Assembly (NCBI RefSeq): GCF_008831285.2
Contig: NC_045138.2
Span: forward strand, 2,542,001-2,606,000
Source of the DNA: Nymphaea colorata
Lineage: Eukaryota
Reading direction: 5' to 3'
DNA length: 64,000 nt
This document shows positions 62,996-64,000 of the stretch, in pieces. Positions within the stretch are counted from its first letter, which is position 1; every line of letters begins with the position of its first letter. Below the pieces are notes generated by a model, which was not told where the DNA came from, searched no databases, and saw only the letters and a program-made list of their open reading frames with translations. A program made the translations under genes and the position numbers.

Positions 62996-64000
62996 TTAGG
63001 AGTCTCTGTCCAAAAGATAATGCCAACTTGAAACCATATTTTAATTAGTTACATCTTTGGTCCGTAGCTGATCGGACTGATGAGTAGGTGAAAACCCGAC
63101 CATATTCTAATTAGTCAAGATATAGCATAGTTGATCAGGTTAGTGGGCCTGTGAAAACTTATTGTCATGAGTGCTACTTATTTAAACTACAAACAATGAG
63201 CTGCCCTCCATTTTCATGTTACAAAGTAACCCTAAACACCAAAGTTATGAAGGAAAAAAAAAAAACCGTTTCCACTTCTCAAGAAATCACTGAAATTTGG
63301 ATGATCTACCAAGCAGACGCATTAAACGACCCTCTATAATGGGCGGAGTGAGCACACATTCATTAACAATCATAATTTAATTAGAATCGAATATCGAATA
63401 CATAGTCTATGGTTATTTTCTAATGATAACCTCAAGAAACATCATATTGTGAAATCGAATTTGGTGAAAACATAGTGTTTTTGTCAGTTTTCCAAATCTG
63501 ATTTGCCTGTTCGAGTGACAAGACCAAAACAATGTTTTCTTGTAAAAAATTCTCCCCAAAAGACAAAAGGACGCAAGAGTTATTTACACCCTTTCAAAAA
63601 CATTATTTTGTCAACACTCAACTTTTCACAAGCTCAGCCTCGACGTCGCCCAAAACACACCTTAAAAACAACTTTTTGCCTCCAAAACGGAGTAAATTAA
63701 ATTGTTGAACCACACCTAGAAGTAGTGTTGGGAAACACAAATTGACCCAAGGTTGAAGAGAAACTGAATCTTCACCTTTGAATTTGTAATGTTTAGGTTG
63801 CAAATTCACCTCTAGCGCGTGCTCATGACGCTAAAAACAAGGCATTATAAATAATTTGTCCAAGATAACTTGTCAATGACAGGACTGAGCATATTCCCCT
63901 TTTTCTGTACAGTGGGGCCAAAAATGAATATACCACTTTGGTTTGTTGAAACAAAAAAGTGAAACGGTATATTTTTCAAAGAGTATCATGGATATTCTGG

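Overview
Flowering-plant nuclear DNA: AT-rich, intron-containing genes, many MITEs, no prokaryotic features, no CRISPR, rRNA or tRNA. The species cannot be fixed from sequence alone. Seven protein-coding genes were reconstructed with splice phases checked by hand: the 5' end of a SYP12-type syntaxin (-, cut by the window edge and absent from the ORF track), RPL19 (-), a DUF179/YqgE-AlgH protein (+), a CDK-like CKL kinase (-), COG1 (-), PSB33/LIL8 (+) and an intronless ERF019/020-like AP2 factor (+). Mobile DNA includes a dead 4.4-kb hAT element, several hAT-type MITE families with 8-bp TSDs, two copies of a ~400-bp TRIM retroelement and a LINE remnant. The best leads are a canonical-looking but target-less box C/D snoRNA candidate in an RPL19 intron, a TRIM family with two LTR variants in reciprocal order, two GC-AG introns, and overlapping uORFs ahead of PSB33. 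I see no clear evidence of a wholly new biological system; these are leads to test.
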